DNA of 57,921 bases, taken from assembly GCA_000934665.2 (NCBI GenBank), contig KZ538626.1, forward strand, positions 1-57,921. Reading direction: 5' to 3'. Shown here in pieces: positions 1-19,000 of the stretch. The notes under the pieces are model-generated. The model was not told where the DNA came from, did no database searches, and saw only the letters and a program-made list of their open reading frames with translations. Each line of letters starts with the position of its first letter. Positions within the stretch are counted from its first letter, which is position 1. Made by a program: the position numbers and the translations under genes. The stretch is from Catajapyx aquilonaris. Lineage: Eukaryota.

Positions 1-1067
1 TCTTCTTCTCTCTCCTTCTCACCCGCCCCGCCAGGGACCCCACCCCCTCGGGAGGTGCAGCGACCGCTGCACCTTGACATAGGTTTGGCCGCCACTGCTC
101 TCTACTGAGTAGGATGACCCTTGAGAGAATTGGGGGAAGGGAGAGGACAGAGGAGGGGTACCCAAGATTGACAAGAGTCGAATTGTAGAGCAAGTTGGGA
201 CAATGAATAATAAGGAAGAGGGAAGACGACAATAATATTAATCTTCCCATTCATTCGCCTCTTTTGTGGTTTTTTTAATGCAACATGCCGCATATCCCAA
301 CCACATCTGGGCTGTGGGTGAGGAAGACGAATTCCAGATAATAGGCGATAAGAGGTGTAAAATGGGTACATATACCGTATAGGTATTAAATCGGTGTAAA
401 ATGCATAGAATTGGCTTCCGGGACGCTCTTGAGCGCGGGTCAGACCGCTTTCTCATCAACGGCCAGCTATGTAACCGCCGTGCGCAGTATCCTGATGACG
501 ATCTACCAATGTCCAAAGTTTGGTTTCCATGGCGTAAAAATTCTGGACTCCAACTTTGGAAAAGCAAACAGACGGAGCTCTTCTTTAGGTAGACTATTTT
601 AACTGATTTTAACACTGCAAGTACTGCATTTTCAATATTGTTATTTTCTCACAGTTTACTTGTTAGGCCCTATTCATACCGCCAATCCCCACAGGGAAAT
701 GTGATGGTATATGTATGAATGTGTATGTATGAATGTTTGTATTAAGGTGGCCATTTCCAAATCTCCAAAAAGAAGGACACAGCTGCTATCAGCTGCTATG
801 AATACCGTATAGGATGTAGTCCTACAACATATACAGTATATAATGAATACCGTATGCCTTCTTTACTTCATGATAACCGAAATACCCTAGTTACCAAATT
901 ATTGTATTTAACACCTTAATGTGACTGAAGTCTTCAGCATAAATATTTAACCTAAATCAAACATGCTTTATGGTGAGTTAAAGTACGAGATATAAAAAGG
1001 CGTAGAAAAAACTATATATATGTAGACCTACCGTACTTAAGAGAATTAATTTGTCAAATGGCACTAA

Positions 1068-1582
1068 CAGTCACTGAAATCCCGATAACTCGAACCACCA
1101 TGGGACCCAGAAAAAAATTCGACTTATCGAATATGGTGGGGAAAACAGCACCCGTACAAATTAAACACCAGCAGTACGTATGTCGTGTAGCCTACTGTAT
1201 CTCGCTGTATAGTGTACAGTATTGTTTATTGCTTTTATAGTGATGAAACCCGTTTTGGGGATTATAACAGCACTGTGCAGTACAGTGTATATAGTCTCGA
1301 GCTTATACTGTGTAGCGACTGCCTTGCTCTGAAGCAAAAGGCATGTCACCACCAAAAACAAATGCATGAGTCGCTACCTACAGGAAAGGGAGCTTAAAAC
1401 ATGTGGCTTTCAGAGGGCTTTGTGCATTCCTTCGCGACTTATCGAGAAAATGGAGTTATACCAATTCGAGTTATCGGAATTCAATGTGCATTACAGTATA
1501 TGGAGAATCCGTCAAGTGAAGATTTTATTCAACTTATCGAGAATTTCGAGTTATCGGTATTCGAGTTATTGGGATTTAGCTG
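1068..1582. mobile_element. Tc1/mariner (pogo/Tigger-like) non-autonomous DNA element
   Basis: Left end ..AAATCCCGATAACTCGAA and right end TTCGAGTTATTGGGATTTAGCTG|TA form imperfect TIRs. Several subterminal TTCGA(G/C)TTATCG repeats. Confidence 0.7.
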
Positions 1583-4500
1583 TATTTTTAAAAATTTAAA
1601 AAAGGAAATGCCATTCTGTGGTATTTTTAAATGAATTTTCTAAACGTAGCCTACTGTGTTATATTACATGCATTCACCCTGTAAAAATAATAAGATGTGA
1701 ATTTTAACTTTAGCTGGAACAGATATACTAACCGTGTTAACTTTACAAATAAAAAGGAATCCTATTTTATATATATATATCTGTCCTTTATTAGCAGTCT
1801 CCAAGAGTGGTTATTGTGGGCTACAGCTCCCAAACTTTCAGCTGTTCTAGTGCAGGTTAGGAAATCGACATTATTTTAGACTGGCCCCAAAAAGAATGAC
1901 AAATCTACCTATCAACGTCATTCTTGAGGTGGCGAAGGGCGAAGGACAGTGCTCAAAAGAATGACTGTTAAAGAAGGACGTCTGGCCACCCTTCTGTATA
2001 TGCATTTATGGCTGTTTGTGTGTTCGCCATGAAGTGATTTGTCCATATAAAAGGGGAATACTATAATGTATATGCACGAATAATTTTGGGTTTGTAATAC
2101 GCTGGCTTGCACGTAGATTACAGCATCAGCAGGCCAGATCTGTATAACGCTTTCATTTATAAATAGGATTTTAGGTGATGAAACGAAATTCAATAGACAA
2201 AATCTACTTGTCAGTAGTGTATTACAGTACACCTTCCGCTTGCCGGATAGGCTGCAGCTACAGATGTGTGCTCTGTATATGTCGAGGAATAGCCTACACG
2301 TTGGGAACGTCAGCATACAAACTGTAAGGGACCATCAGTATACTGGTGCACTGTACAGTGCATGCCTACTATTATACAAACACCTTGTACCTGTCAAGTG
2401 GTACAGCAGAAGACCAAAAAAGGTACATAATCCTTCCACTGCTTCAGTGGACTCTGCGCAGTGGACTGTTAGTATTAAATATTGTGAACTGACGGTGTGA
2501 AGAAAACTTTACCTTTCTCTCTCCCACCGCTGCTTTTGCGCCATTAAAAAAAAGTATCTCCCACCGTCCCGAGCTAACTTTTGAGAGTAGGTTGTGCAAA
2601 TCTGAATAAATCCAACAGAGCTGCAAGGCGGCTATAATAAAAATAGTTAGAAGAAGAAAAGGGAGAATGTCTGAAGCAGGGCGGGGTCCAAAATACGCAT
2701 CTGCTCATTATCTGAGCGAGTTGGACGCTTAATTTCGTGTGCGAGACGCCATTGTTCTCGGAGATGACACCCGAGTCTTTGTCTAAAGATGCGTTTTTGG
2801 CAGGCGGCAGGAATTAGCCTTGCCCACCGGCGCGTTTTATTGGCGCAGATAAACCGGTGTAAGTGACGGGCCTTGTTCCTCTCCATCAACAACGGCGCGC
2901 TTTGTTGCGCAACACATTGGCCTCTATCTGCCCCGACAAACATTTTAATTGCCCTCGGCTAATTTTAAAAGCGCCTTGGTAATAGTTCGCAACCGGGCAG
3001 GGCCAAAACTTCCATTTATATCTTAGACAAGGCGGCCATCTTGAAGCGAATTCTCTTCTCCACTGAAGCATTTTGTCTAATGTATCAAGGGCGGTTCAGA
3101 GAATTCCGTCAATTGGCTGTTGTCGCTCTGCATTTTTTTTCCAGAAAAGATTAACAGCTTAAGTTTATTTAAATGGCTGGTTTTCAGCTGAATCGCAAAG
3201 GCCCGCAGCTTGACTCAATGAATCACCCTGCTGCTGGTTTTATAATGAACTTTTATACTCGATGTCCAATAGATTTTTACAAAACCTACATCGCACACTA
3301 TAGCAACTGGGAATGATCGTTTTTATTCTGTATAACGTTGCCATAATTTTCATCTCCAGATGAGTACAACGTTACAAGCAACAAAAATTACGTTCTGTAC
3401 ATATAGTTCTTATATAGCAGTTATTCTGGGTGATTTACCATGCCACAAACACCAATTATGGGATATAATTGCCGAAACACCCCCAGGCTATATACGTCAC
3501 ACCGCGAAACTTACTGAACCCAACAGTGTTCAGTGAGTCGCAAGAAAAGGTTTTCGCGAGACATTTTTTTGTGTGTGGTGGTAATTGTTTACACCCGTCT
3601 TGTTGAACCGGTAAGCACATTGGGCAATAGTGAACGGAGTGGTTGTTGGCTTGGCAGCATCCGCGATGGAGGTCTGCTCAGTGGCATCCAAAGAGAGGAC
3701 ACGGTGGGGGCGTATTTGGGAGGGGGGGGGGGGTATATGGCAGCGGCGCATGCTGGAAGCTACAGGGTCGCCAATGGGCGCAATTAGTCGCGCCGTCGCT
3801 TCGGGCAGTGGCCCACGGCTATCACACGTCCGTCTCGCGGGCCCACACACTTTTTTTTAAAATCCTCCACTCTTCTCTCCGACCAACTCTCAGCCCGGAT
3901 TTTGGAGTCATCGGAATTCCATCCAGGTCGGGAGATCCAGACCAGACCCATCAAGAGGGGATGTTGTTTTTTTTGTTCCTTTTCTTGCTCAGCCTGAACA
4001 AAAAAATTGAGCACAGAAAAATGGCCGTCCTCAGCGACGCCTTTTTCTCTGACCATTTTGGACCATATGTACAAATCGCCATTTTAGACGCCGCCGCAAC
4101 ACAATGGCTTCACTATAGCAAAGAGCTGTATGAATGATCCATACTTTAATTCCGGTATTAATCGAGGGTAGAAAAGGAAATCGTGAAAAAGTTAGGACGA
4201 GTGGATTTGCTTTGAGCAGGCATTGGCTGGGGATGGGGGTAAAGGTTGGGGTCGAATTAAATAAGAATCCCCCTGAAGCCAAAGTGAGCCCAGGAAGTTA
4301 GTTGTATATGCCAGAGCCCAAGATTGTATATAATAAATTCATCGGAACTGAGAGGGAGACTTGGGGGGTGCACGTTTCATTAGGTCCCCCCTCCCCCTTC
4401 TCTCTTATATCCCCTCACGTGGTCCATACTTAAACTTTGCAACGGCCAAAGTCTGCTTTCTCGCCTTCATTTTTGATGTGGTTTGTGGGAGGAGGGAGAG

Positions 4501-5053
4501 TTTGAGAAATTTATTTGCTGGGCTAGGGTGAATTTCTCTTCCCCCCATTTCTCTCTCTTCACGGCAGCCCCTGTCATAATAAGCGCTCAATGAATTTTGG
4601 ATGTTCAAACTGAATGTTTGATGGGTTCGGCTTCTTGCGCGGCTTTTCCTAAGGACTCACCGGTTTTGTCTCAGGCTGCACCCCAAACCTTGTTTCAAAA
4701 CCAGTATTATCACAATTTTATTTTATTTTTCTTGTTTTTAACTGAGGCCATGGATTATTTTCCGGGCGCGATGTTATCACTTGCTGGGATTGGAGCTATT
4801 TATCCCGGTTGAGTGTTTGGGGAGAAGGGTCCGGCTGAATAGCCTCCCCTCCCCCCAGTCCCTATCACAAATCCCTCTGCCTCTTATTCCCTGCGAGAGC
4901 AATCAGGTCCCGATAACGCCCTGGAATTGGCTTCGATTTGGGGAATAGCCTGCTCGCTTTTTCTCTTTGTCTCGAGGAAATTACTCTGACGGATTCTAAT
5001 TGGGCGTCTTGGTGACTCCAAGAAAAGGGACACAGTTGCGCAAGAAATTCTTA

Positions 5054-5167
5054 AGACGTTAGTACATCAGGTAGACGTTAGTACATCAGGTAGACGTTAG
5101 TACATCAGGTAGACGTTAGTACATCAGGTAGACGTTAGTACATCAGGTAGACGTTAGTACATCAGGT
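5054..5167. repeat. Perfect minisatellite, 6 x 19 bp AGACGTTAGTACATCAGGT
   Basis: Six identical head-to-tail units with no spacers. Confidence 0.97.
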
Positions 5168-6539
5168 GTTTTTCACATTTTGTATTTCAATTTTTAGCTG
5201 TTGCTTTTTGGGAAAAGTATAGAAGAAAAAAAAAGTTCCCCTCCTGTTCTTCTGGGGAGGGAAAAAAATCCCTGTGCAGTTGGGACGAAGAAAATGGCTT
5301 CGCGAATGAGATGATTGGGCCTTCCGATTGGCTTCCCTTTTCCACCAGAGAATCCGGGGAAATAAAGCGTAAAAGGAAGTGAGAAAGATATAAAAGGCTT
5401 TCCACTTACCTTCGTCCCTATATCCTGGGGAGCCCTCTCTCTCCCCCCTCTCTTTCATATCAGATTTTATCCTTCGGTATTTTTCAATCTTTAGTTGGAA
5501 AGAATATACCTGCGGAAGAAATGGCGGCACACGACCCCCATAGTCGACCCAGTGACATGACAATAAAACGAAACAGCGGTGTTTATAGTCGTAGCCTAGA
5601 CTAGTACACATTCTGCTTGTCGAGGTTACAACCGTAAACACGCATTAAAGAGCGGGTTAATGACATTGGGTAATTATTATTAATCTTTTTCGTCAGCATA
5701 ATGGGAGTTAACACCAATAATTTGAAGACAATCAACACAAATTTTGGGGAATTTGGATTGGGGGATAGGGGAAGGGAGACAGGATTGATTTGTAATAATA
5801 AGTGTCATCTCCATAATAATATTGCACTGAGGACGTACAGTCACTATACTTCTTTTTTTTGGCACGATCACTGTTCGGCGTGGGATTAGTTTCTCGCGCA
5901 CGCGCACTTTCTTTCACATGTGTCACTGTCACACTTCGGCTGTCAAATAGTCTCATATATCTGGTGCTGACTAGTTCGCTTTTGGTTCGGTGAACGGTGT
6001 CACCTGAACGCTTCATTGTCCTGAGCAACAGTCTGTGGACATTTTGTTTAAAATTTATAATCGCGAGGAATGACGTAGTTCCGGTTTCATCATTGCTTGG
6101 ACGGGAGGTCGCGAGTACGTCTTGAGCCTTACGGGGATAAATATATCTTGGGAGATATGTGCTGCCATTTTTGTATCTTACACATCGGATCAAGCGATGA
6201 CTCTGTTGATTTTTAGTCGCAAACATTCATCTGCGAAAAGATGACAGTGTGTTGGTATACACAGTGGCGTCGAGAGTCAAGCCGGATTAGGACCAACCCT
6301 TTGAAGATCGTGTCACAAACACACCTGTTCTTGCCACACTGCTTTTTCTGCTATTTTTTTTTGCAATACTCCTGCCACACTCTACACAGTGTAATGAACG
6401 TCGTGGATTAGCTAACTACAGGCGTGTTTATGAAACGATCTTGGCAAATGAGATGAGCATGCGAAAGTTGGTGACATTCTGCATCACCCTACTAGAATGG
6501 TTAAGAGTGGTCCTTACCTGATGTGCATGTTGGTAATCA

Positions 6540-12292
<5,753 letters not shown>

Positions 12293-12771
12293 GTCCACAT
12301 CAACAAGAGAGAGAGAGAGAACATGCAGGTGTAAATCCTCACAGACTTTATTATGTATTTACATCTTCCCCACGGCGTCTGGCTGCGTCACACTACATGA
12401 ATGTTGTTCTTGCCAGAGCTTTACCTTACATCCACCTTTGCAATATTAACACCCAACATCACTTATTTAGCCTTAAAATTAGCGCGTCTTTACACTGTGG
12501 GTGGGTACGTGAGATGTTCTAGGCCTCGGTTGCTCTGCCTTACATTTGAACAGAAAATTGGCTCTGGAATTACATCGCAATTATTGAGTGGTCTGCAATG
12601 GTAGTTATTTATATAATTTTGATATACATTGCAGGCATTTATTCAAACGGCACTGCAAAGTTCGCCTAATGTGTACACAGCGATACGTTTGTGGCTTACA
12701 AACACTGGGTTTAGTCGCAATGTAAGCGCGATTTATTCCGCGTTACACATGTAATTTTTCTATCAACTTAC

Positions 12772-13200
12772 GTGACATTAGTCGTGGCACATTGATAGTC
12801 CTGGTCAGCCATGCACTTGCGACGGGGCACGTGTCCACACTCACTCACTGGTCAAAAGTATATATGGGGGTGATCACAACGTCACGTGAGTTTAGGCAAC
12901 TCAGGACCGGACAGAGAAGGTGCGGAGCCAAAGGGGATGAAAGTCCGATTGCCCCTCTCGGCTTGCAGCTGAAATGTGTCCCCCATTTGGCCCCCCCTCT
13001 TCCGGCCTAACCCCCCGCAGCGTTGCTCCTTGACACTGCAGCCCATCTGGAATGACCCCCTGGCTAAGGCGCCGCCTTACTATTGGCCGATGCTAAGCAG
13101 CCCATTACCAAGGAGCCATCCTATTGGACGCTTCCTCCATGCCATCCCCCCCTACTCTCGACGCCACCATAGGGGCGGGGCCACGACGCCTGCGACGCCC
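12772..13200 (-). promoter_or_regulatory. Putative NK1 core promoter and 5' leader exon
   Basis: TATA-like ATATATA at 12859-12865. CCAAT boxes on the minus strand near 13082 and 13123. GC box GGGGCGGGG near 13171. A perfect GTAAGT donor at 12771-12766 and a (CT)n polypyrimidine tract with CAG just before coding exon 1. Confidence 0.5.
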
Positions 13201-14092
13201 CCACGCCATGGCACCTGCAGAGAGTGTTTGCCGCCATAGATTCAAACTGGGGGCTTTTTTGGTAGGTCAAAGGTGTTTGCCCCTGAAAAACCAGCATTTT
13301 GGTGAACAAAAGAGGCTGAATTGTTGCCAGCACTGCAGGATGAACATTGATTGATGCTGCTTTTTGTGCTGGATTTTCAATGGGGGCAACACACCTGTTA
13401 GCGCTCAAACTATAAACTATCGTACAATTTTTACTACCATACCCCACATTGCCAATATGTGCATTGCATTTCTGTCGTATACAGATGGACTATTAATAAC
13501 CAAAGTGGTTGTTTGCATTCTTTTAATCCCCTGTTCTTTCCTTTAGGACGACATCCTGACACTTTAAAAAAAAAAGTGGAAAAAAGAGTGGGGAGCCGGA
13601 AGAAGAAGAAAAAAAAAATCCGAAAGCCAAGCCCCAGCGACCAATCCCAATTTTCCGGGCGACTTGCCGGTTGGCCCCGTGAAGAGGTCCCAACCGCCGG
13701 GATATTGATGGAAAAGTGAGTACGTTGGGGGGGGGGGGGGGATTCCGATTTACTCCCCCCCTTTTTCTCCCCACCACCCACCCCCTCCCAAATCGGCGGG
13801 AAATTGATGTTAAGGCGGGGACAAAAGGATGGTGGCTGCCCTACCGTCGATGGCCCGGATTAAGTGCCGACTGACTCATACGCCTCTTAATCCAGATTTA
13901 CATAACAGCTCACCGTACTAAACATTTAGAAAGCTACAATTAGCCAGAGGAATTGATATATTCATTGGTTTGGCTATTTATAATAGTTAAAGCGACACAT
14001 ATTATTGGGGGAGTCCCATATGACAGTTCGTCCGAACAGTATATCCATCATTAAAAATTGCATAAATTTTGAATACAAATTTAACAAAAATA

Positions 14093-14182
14093 TTTTGGGC
14101 GAACAATTTTTTGGCGAACAAAGTTTTGGGCCAACAAGTTTTGGGCGAACAAGTTTTGGGCGAGCAATTTTTGGGAGAAATG
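14093..14182. repeat. Degenerate 15-bp tandem repeat (TTTTGGGCGAACAAG), about 6 copies
   Basis: Units are directly visible. They resemble subterminal arrays of non-autonomous DNA transposons. Confidence 0.8.
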
Positions 14183-15909
14183 ATTTGTAGTAAAATGGTG
14201 TGCATGTCCTTTCCCCTCTCCACTTCTTGGTTCATCCTCCCCATGAGTCGTCCCTTACCCACAAACAGGAGGTAGCATCTCGAGGGACGTGGCGCCAAAT
14301 ATTGACAGGAAGCCTTGCATCGTGATCGTCAAACCGGGGAACTAACTCTCTTTCCCTCCCCTCCCCCACCCCCCACGACCCCATTTTCCGTCAAGTGCGC
14401 CTCTCTTGGGAATTTCAGGCCGGGGATGGGCCAATCACACGAGCCGCCTTTACTTTGCTTACCCGGCCACCCTGAAAAACCTTTTGCTATACTATTGCTA
14501 CCTTGACATTTATTGTGTCAATTCAGAAAAAATCATTTGGTTGTCGCCACTTTAAGGTGACACGCAATATTTGTATTGAATGTGTACATTGGTTATCCAA
14601 TTTCACTGTTGTCATAGGTTGCATCATGTAAGGATAAAAGTGACCCCCCGAACCTTTTTTGAATTTGAATAAATTTGTACTGGCGATGTCATTTTTAAAG
14701 ACTTTATAAGACCGAATGGGCTTGTAGCATAAAAGTCTGTCTTGCGAATGTTCAGTACATGCTTGGAGGCTTAAGTTGATAGTCCCAATGGGAAGGCCCT
14801 TTAAGGACAATCCCGGCCTATCTTTACCCCGTGGCTCATTTCCCTCCCACCCACCACCCTACCTCCCCGCTTCACTCTCCCGCGGGCCTAAAACCCGTTC
14901 GTCTCTATAGCAAACCGTCAACTCAATTGTCCGGAAAGGAGGCCGCCATTATCCGGTTCTTTGGCAGAGGAGCTAGGAAAAGAGGGGGGGTGAGACTGGG
15001 GAGAGGCGGGGGTGGGGGGGGGGTCGAATTAGTACCATCCCTAACCGTAGGAAAAAAAAAATATCCGGAAAAGCGCTTCTTCCTTTTTTCCTTAAGAACC
15101 ATTAACTCTCTCTTTCTCTCTATCTCATCCCCCTGCTCTACTTACTCCCCCCCTCTCTTTTTTTCCCTCCCTCCCCGCCTACCCCCTTTGCCAACTCCTT
15201 TTTTTTTTTCCTAATCAGGAGGCAGCCTGGCGTGAAGGCTCCAAATGAGATTTCTCGGCGGAAAAATAGGATTTGGAGTGGTTGAAGGGAGGGAGGGGGA
15301 GGGAGGGGGGGGGGGGATTTTGGCGCTGAGTGACGCCCCACTTAATGCGATTCCAACAGACGCCCCGCACTATTCCCCGCCTGCCCCCACTCCCTGGCTC
15401 TAGGTCCTTTTTTCTCGCCTCGCCGATAATCGATCCCTTCGGTCGCAATTAGCCAATTGGGAATGTGGACGTGTGTGAGAGTTCATCGGAATGGAAGGTT
15501 CATTACTAAATTATAGAGGTTTTTTTATTGGAGGGGGGAAGGGGTGTATTCTTCTATTCTGCATATCAGGAAGAAACGCTAAAGTTACTTGTAGATTAGG
15601 TTGGGTCATACATGTTGGATACAATTTTGAATAATGCAAAAGGGATTTGATGATTCGCAATGGTTGCAGATATGTCGCTGGAATAATTTCCCCGGTTTAC
15701 ACACATTCTACTGATTCTAGTGTGTAGAAGGGGAAATGGAAATTGGACCCGTGGGAGTGCTTAACAACTATCAGGTTCAACAGTGCCACGGTGTAAACCA
15801 AGAGTATAAGGTTTCAGTTCAAACATTACAAAACAGTCATTTGAAATACTATAGTATTGACACCACAGGTCTCATTAATTTATAGGCATTTACAGGTACT
15901 GTATGTCAA

Positions 15910-16010
15910 ATGGTTGCAGCATATCCTAGTGGGCATCCGGACTTTTCGCCCCTGCCGTTTTGGCGGGGGCGAAAAGTCCGGATGCCCGGATGTCCGGACT
16001 ATGCAACCAT
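15910..16010. mobile_element. Small palindromic MITE-like element
   Basis: Outer ATGGTTGCA/TGCAACCAT and an inner perfect 22-bp inverted repeat at 15931-15952/15966-15987. Confidence 0.6.
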
Positions 16011-19000
16011 CAGTACTCTGGCTATAGGTAAATTTTTAAAACTTGTTTTGCATTTGAATATTCCTAATTATGTTGTTATTGCCAATCGGTCTTCTGTTGG
16101 GCGCCTGTTGCTCTGAAGAAGGCGGTTCATTTAAGTTTGAGAATGTGAGGCGAGAGGCCGCGTAATAAACCCTCAGGGGATGGAATATAATGCTGATATG
16201 CATGCATGTTGATGGAAGGAGAGGGCTGAGTGGAGGTTGGTCGAGAGAGATTTTTCTAGCCCTTAGTCGTGGTGGAAGAGAAAAGAGGGGGGTGGGATGA
16301 GGCTATGGGATGCTGGTGGGGAAGAAAAAAGAGAGGTGTCGCAGGAGAGAAATGGGCGTGGGCTTCATTAAGGCGGCGATGGACGGCAGCCAGCTCATTA
16401 GGCGCGCCAAGTGACGCCGGCTAAATAATTTCGGGGAACGGGTGGGTGGGAGGGAGGGAAAATAGGGGGGGAGGAGGTGTAGATAGGGGGAAAAAGGCAG
16501 GGAAGGAGGAGGGAGGCTCCAGGCAAGGATTAATTAGTGGATAGGTAGTTAAGCAGCCACGCTGCTCTAAACCTTAGCTGAGGATCACCACTGAGTTCAA
16601 ATGGACTCACAAGTGAAGAGGCGGCTTGTTTAGGCAGCTTCGTTGCTTTGTTGTCGATGGGAGCAGTACATCAGGTGACGAATTTGCGAATATCTCCACA
16701 AGATGCTAATTATCGTGTCATATTAATAAGTAAGGGAGCAAGTTATTTCCTCACACAGCAGAAAACGACGAAATGGTATCTTTTATAATGGGTATAGGCA
16801 GAAATATTCGGAAGAAATCAATGATACTATTACATTTCATATTTTTCACTTATACAATGACATGGTTTATTTCTATACCATCAGCATCATCAGGTTGAGA
16901 TATGTTAGAATGTTAGGCCTGTCCTTTTATCCTCTTAATCATATTCACTCAAAAGTTCTTTTTGGACTGCTCTTCGAAGGTTATGTGATTGTCACCTGCA
17001 GGACTTGGAGCATCATTGTTGTTGTACAAACAACCAATGAACTTGTATTTCTGTGAATAGACTAAGTTATCCGCATTGTTCTTCAAAGGATCAAAGCTCT
17101 TCAACAATTTCACTATTGTTATACAATTATAGGTTAGTAATTGAATTACTGCATACATTCTAGAGGTGAATATTTCCTTCCACCGCTGTTGTGTTAAATA
17201 ATAATATAAGGCAAAAAAATTTCATTATCCGAAGAGAAATATTTTGCGGAACTTGCACACCTGGAGGGAATAGATTTTAAATATTTCAGCATCATTAAAG
17301 AACACCTCGATTAATTTCTAACCCGACTTATATGCCTGTAGAAATCTATTTCGCTTCAATCAAGCCGCCTATACTGTACACTTGTCCAATCATAGCGTGC
17401 AGCATGCAAATCCAGCAGTAAAATCAGGAAGAAAAAACCTTCAGACGACGTCAAGCCCTCGGCCCGTAAAGTTGGCTCAGTACAAATAGGTCTGAAATGC
17501 AGTCGTGTAGGATTGGAATCCGAGCCTTTCCAATTAGGCCATCAGTCGTCAGCTTCCTCCCAGCCCATTTGAAACACTGCGACCCTCCCCACCTCATGTC
17601 CTCCCTCCACCTGCTCCCGCTTTCCCAAGCCCCCGAAACTCCGTAACCACCGGCACCACCGCAGCCACTATACCACCACACTCGCACACACACTCACATT
17701 CCCGAAGAGAGCAGCCAATTTGTCGGAGGTGATTGGAGGCCTGCTTAATGAGCTTCCGTTTGTGGCCCAGAGCAAAGGAGGTGCTGAAAAGGAAGCGTAC
17801 AACTTGATGAAGACTCAACCACACCATCATCATCCTCCTGAAGACTCAACCACACCATCATCCCCCCTCATATGTATACATATGGGTTATTTACACTGGT
17901 GCTAGATTCATTAAAGAGTGTCTTTCAAGGCCTCACATGGAAAGACAGTAATAATGGTTCGTAAAGAGCGCATTACCAGAGTTATGAGGATTTTCCTGCC
18001 GAGTCAGCCTCTAAGATGGGGAATTTTTGGATGGTTGCCCCAGACGTCGTAGGTGGTCCCGTTGCAGCTTCTTCGGCGTCGCCCGCGTCACGGACGTCCT
18101 CCCGTGGAATCACTTTTTAGCCACATGCCAGCAAAATAGCTAGACCAGACTTCGAGAGAGGCACCAACATGGCTATATTCCGCATATAACCTTTCCTTGT
18201 TTTTCAACACAACACTACTTCCTGGGCTCCACGCTCAATTAGTCCTCGCCGTTAATAATCCAGATAATTAATCAGCACTTGGGTGTATATTAGAGATGGA
18301 TGTGCAAGCCCCCTCCAATGATGAACGAAAAAAATTGGTGAGCGAGGAAATGAGAGTGATCATCGGAAGGCGTTACATTGAGCTAATTATAGTGGGTTCT
18401 TGAGCGCCATAAGTTATCCGGGTGAACGCTGACACTCTGGTTGACAAACTCATTTTTGGGTCCGTAACGAGGAAGGCGGCTAAATGATTAGCTCTGCTGC
18501 CGTATTCTGGGAAATTCCTCCCACCCCCCTCCACCTCCTCTTCTTCCTCCAGACCTCCCCCCCGGAAGAGGAGGATGAGGATGATTTTCTAATTGCCAAT
18601 TTGCCTGCTGAGAGATCCAGTGACTTGGGAAACGAGCGGGCCTAATCCTGATTAGTTAATGCGGCCTCGCTAACGAGCTTGCCAACTTACTTACTTCACG
18701 ACCATAATTAGACTTTTGCGACGAGGAGGCTGGGGCGAAAGTGGGGGGGGGGGGGAGGGATAGGTTGGATCGAGGTGTTCAAAGAGTTAAAGGCGGATTC
18801 ATTAGCACCTGCGCTTACAAATGGGCGCCACTTATTGCAGGCTTGATTTACCTCGAAAATGTATACGCTACTTCATAACCTTGTTAGGGTTGTCGTAATT
18901 TCCCGGAATGCCGGAAGGGACTTACTGCATCATTATCAGTTTTATTTTGAAAGGGAAATGTATTAAGGAGGGGGGACTCGCTTTTCAGTGGATCATTTCA

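Noticed and set aside
5054..5167. Possible CRISPR array
   Set aside because: The repeats are contiguous with no spacers, there are no cas genes, and the context is eukaryotic.
17808..17863. Short direct repeat GAAGACTCAACCAC(C)ACCATCATC
   Set aside because: A simple two-copy local duplication with no further structure.
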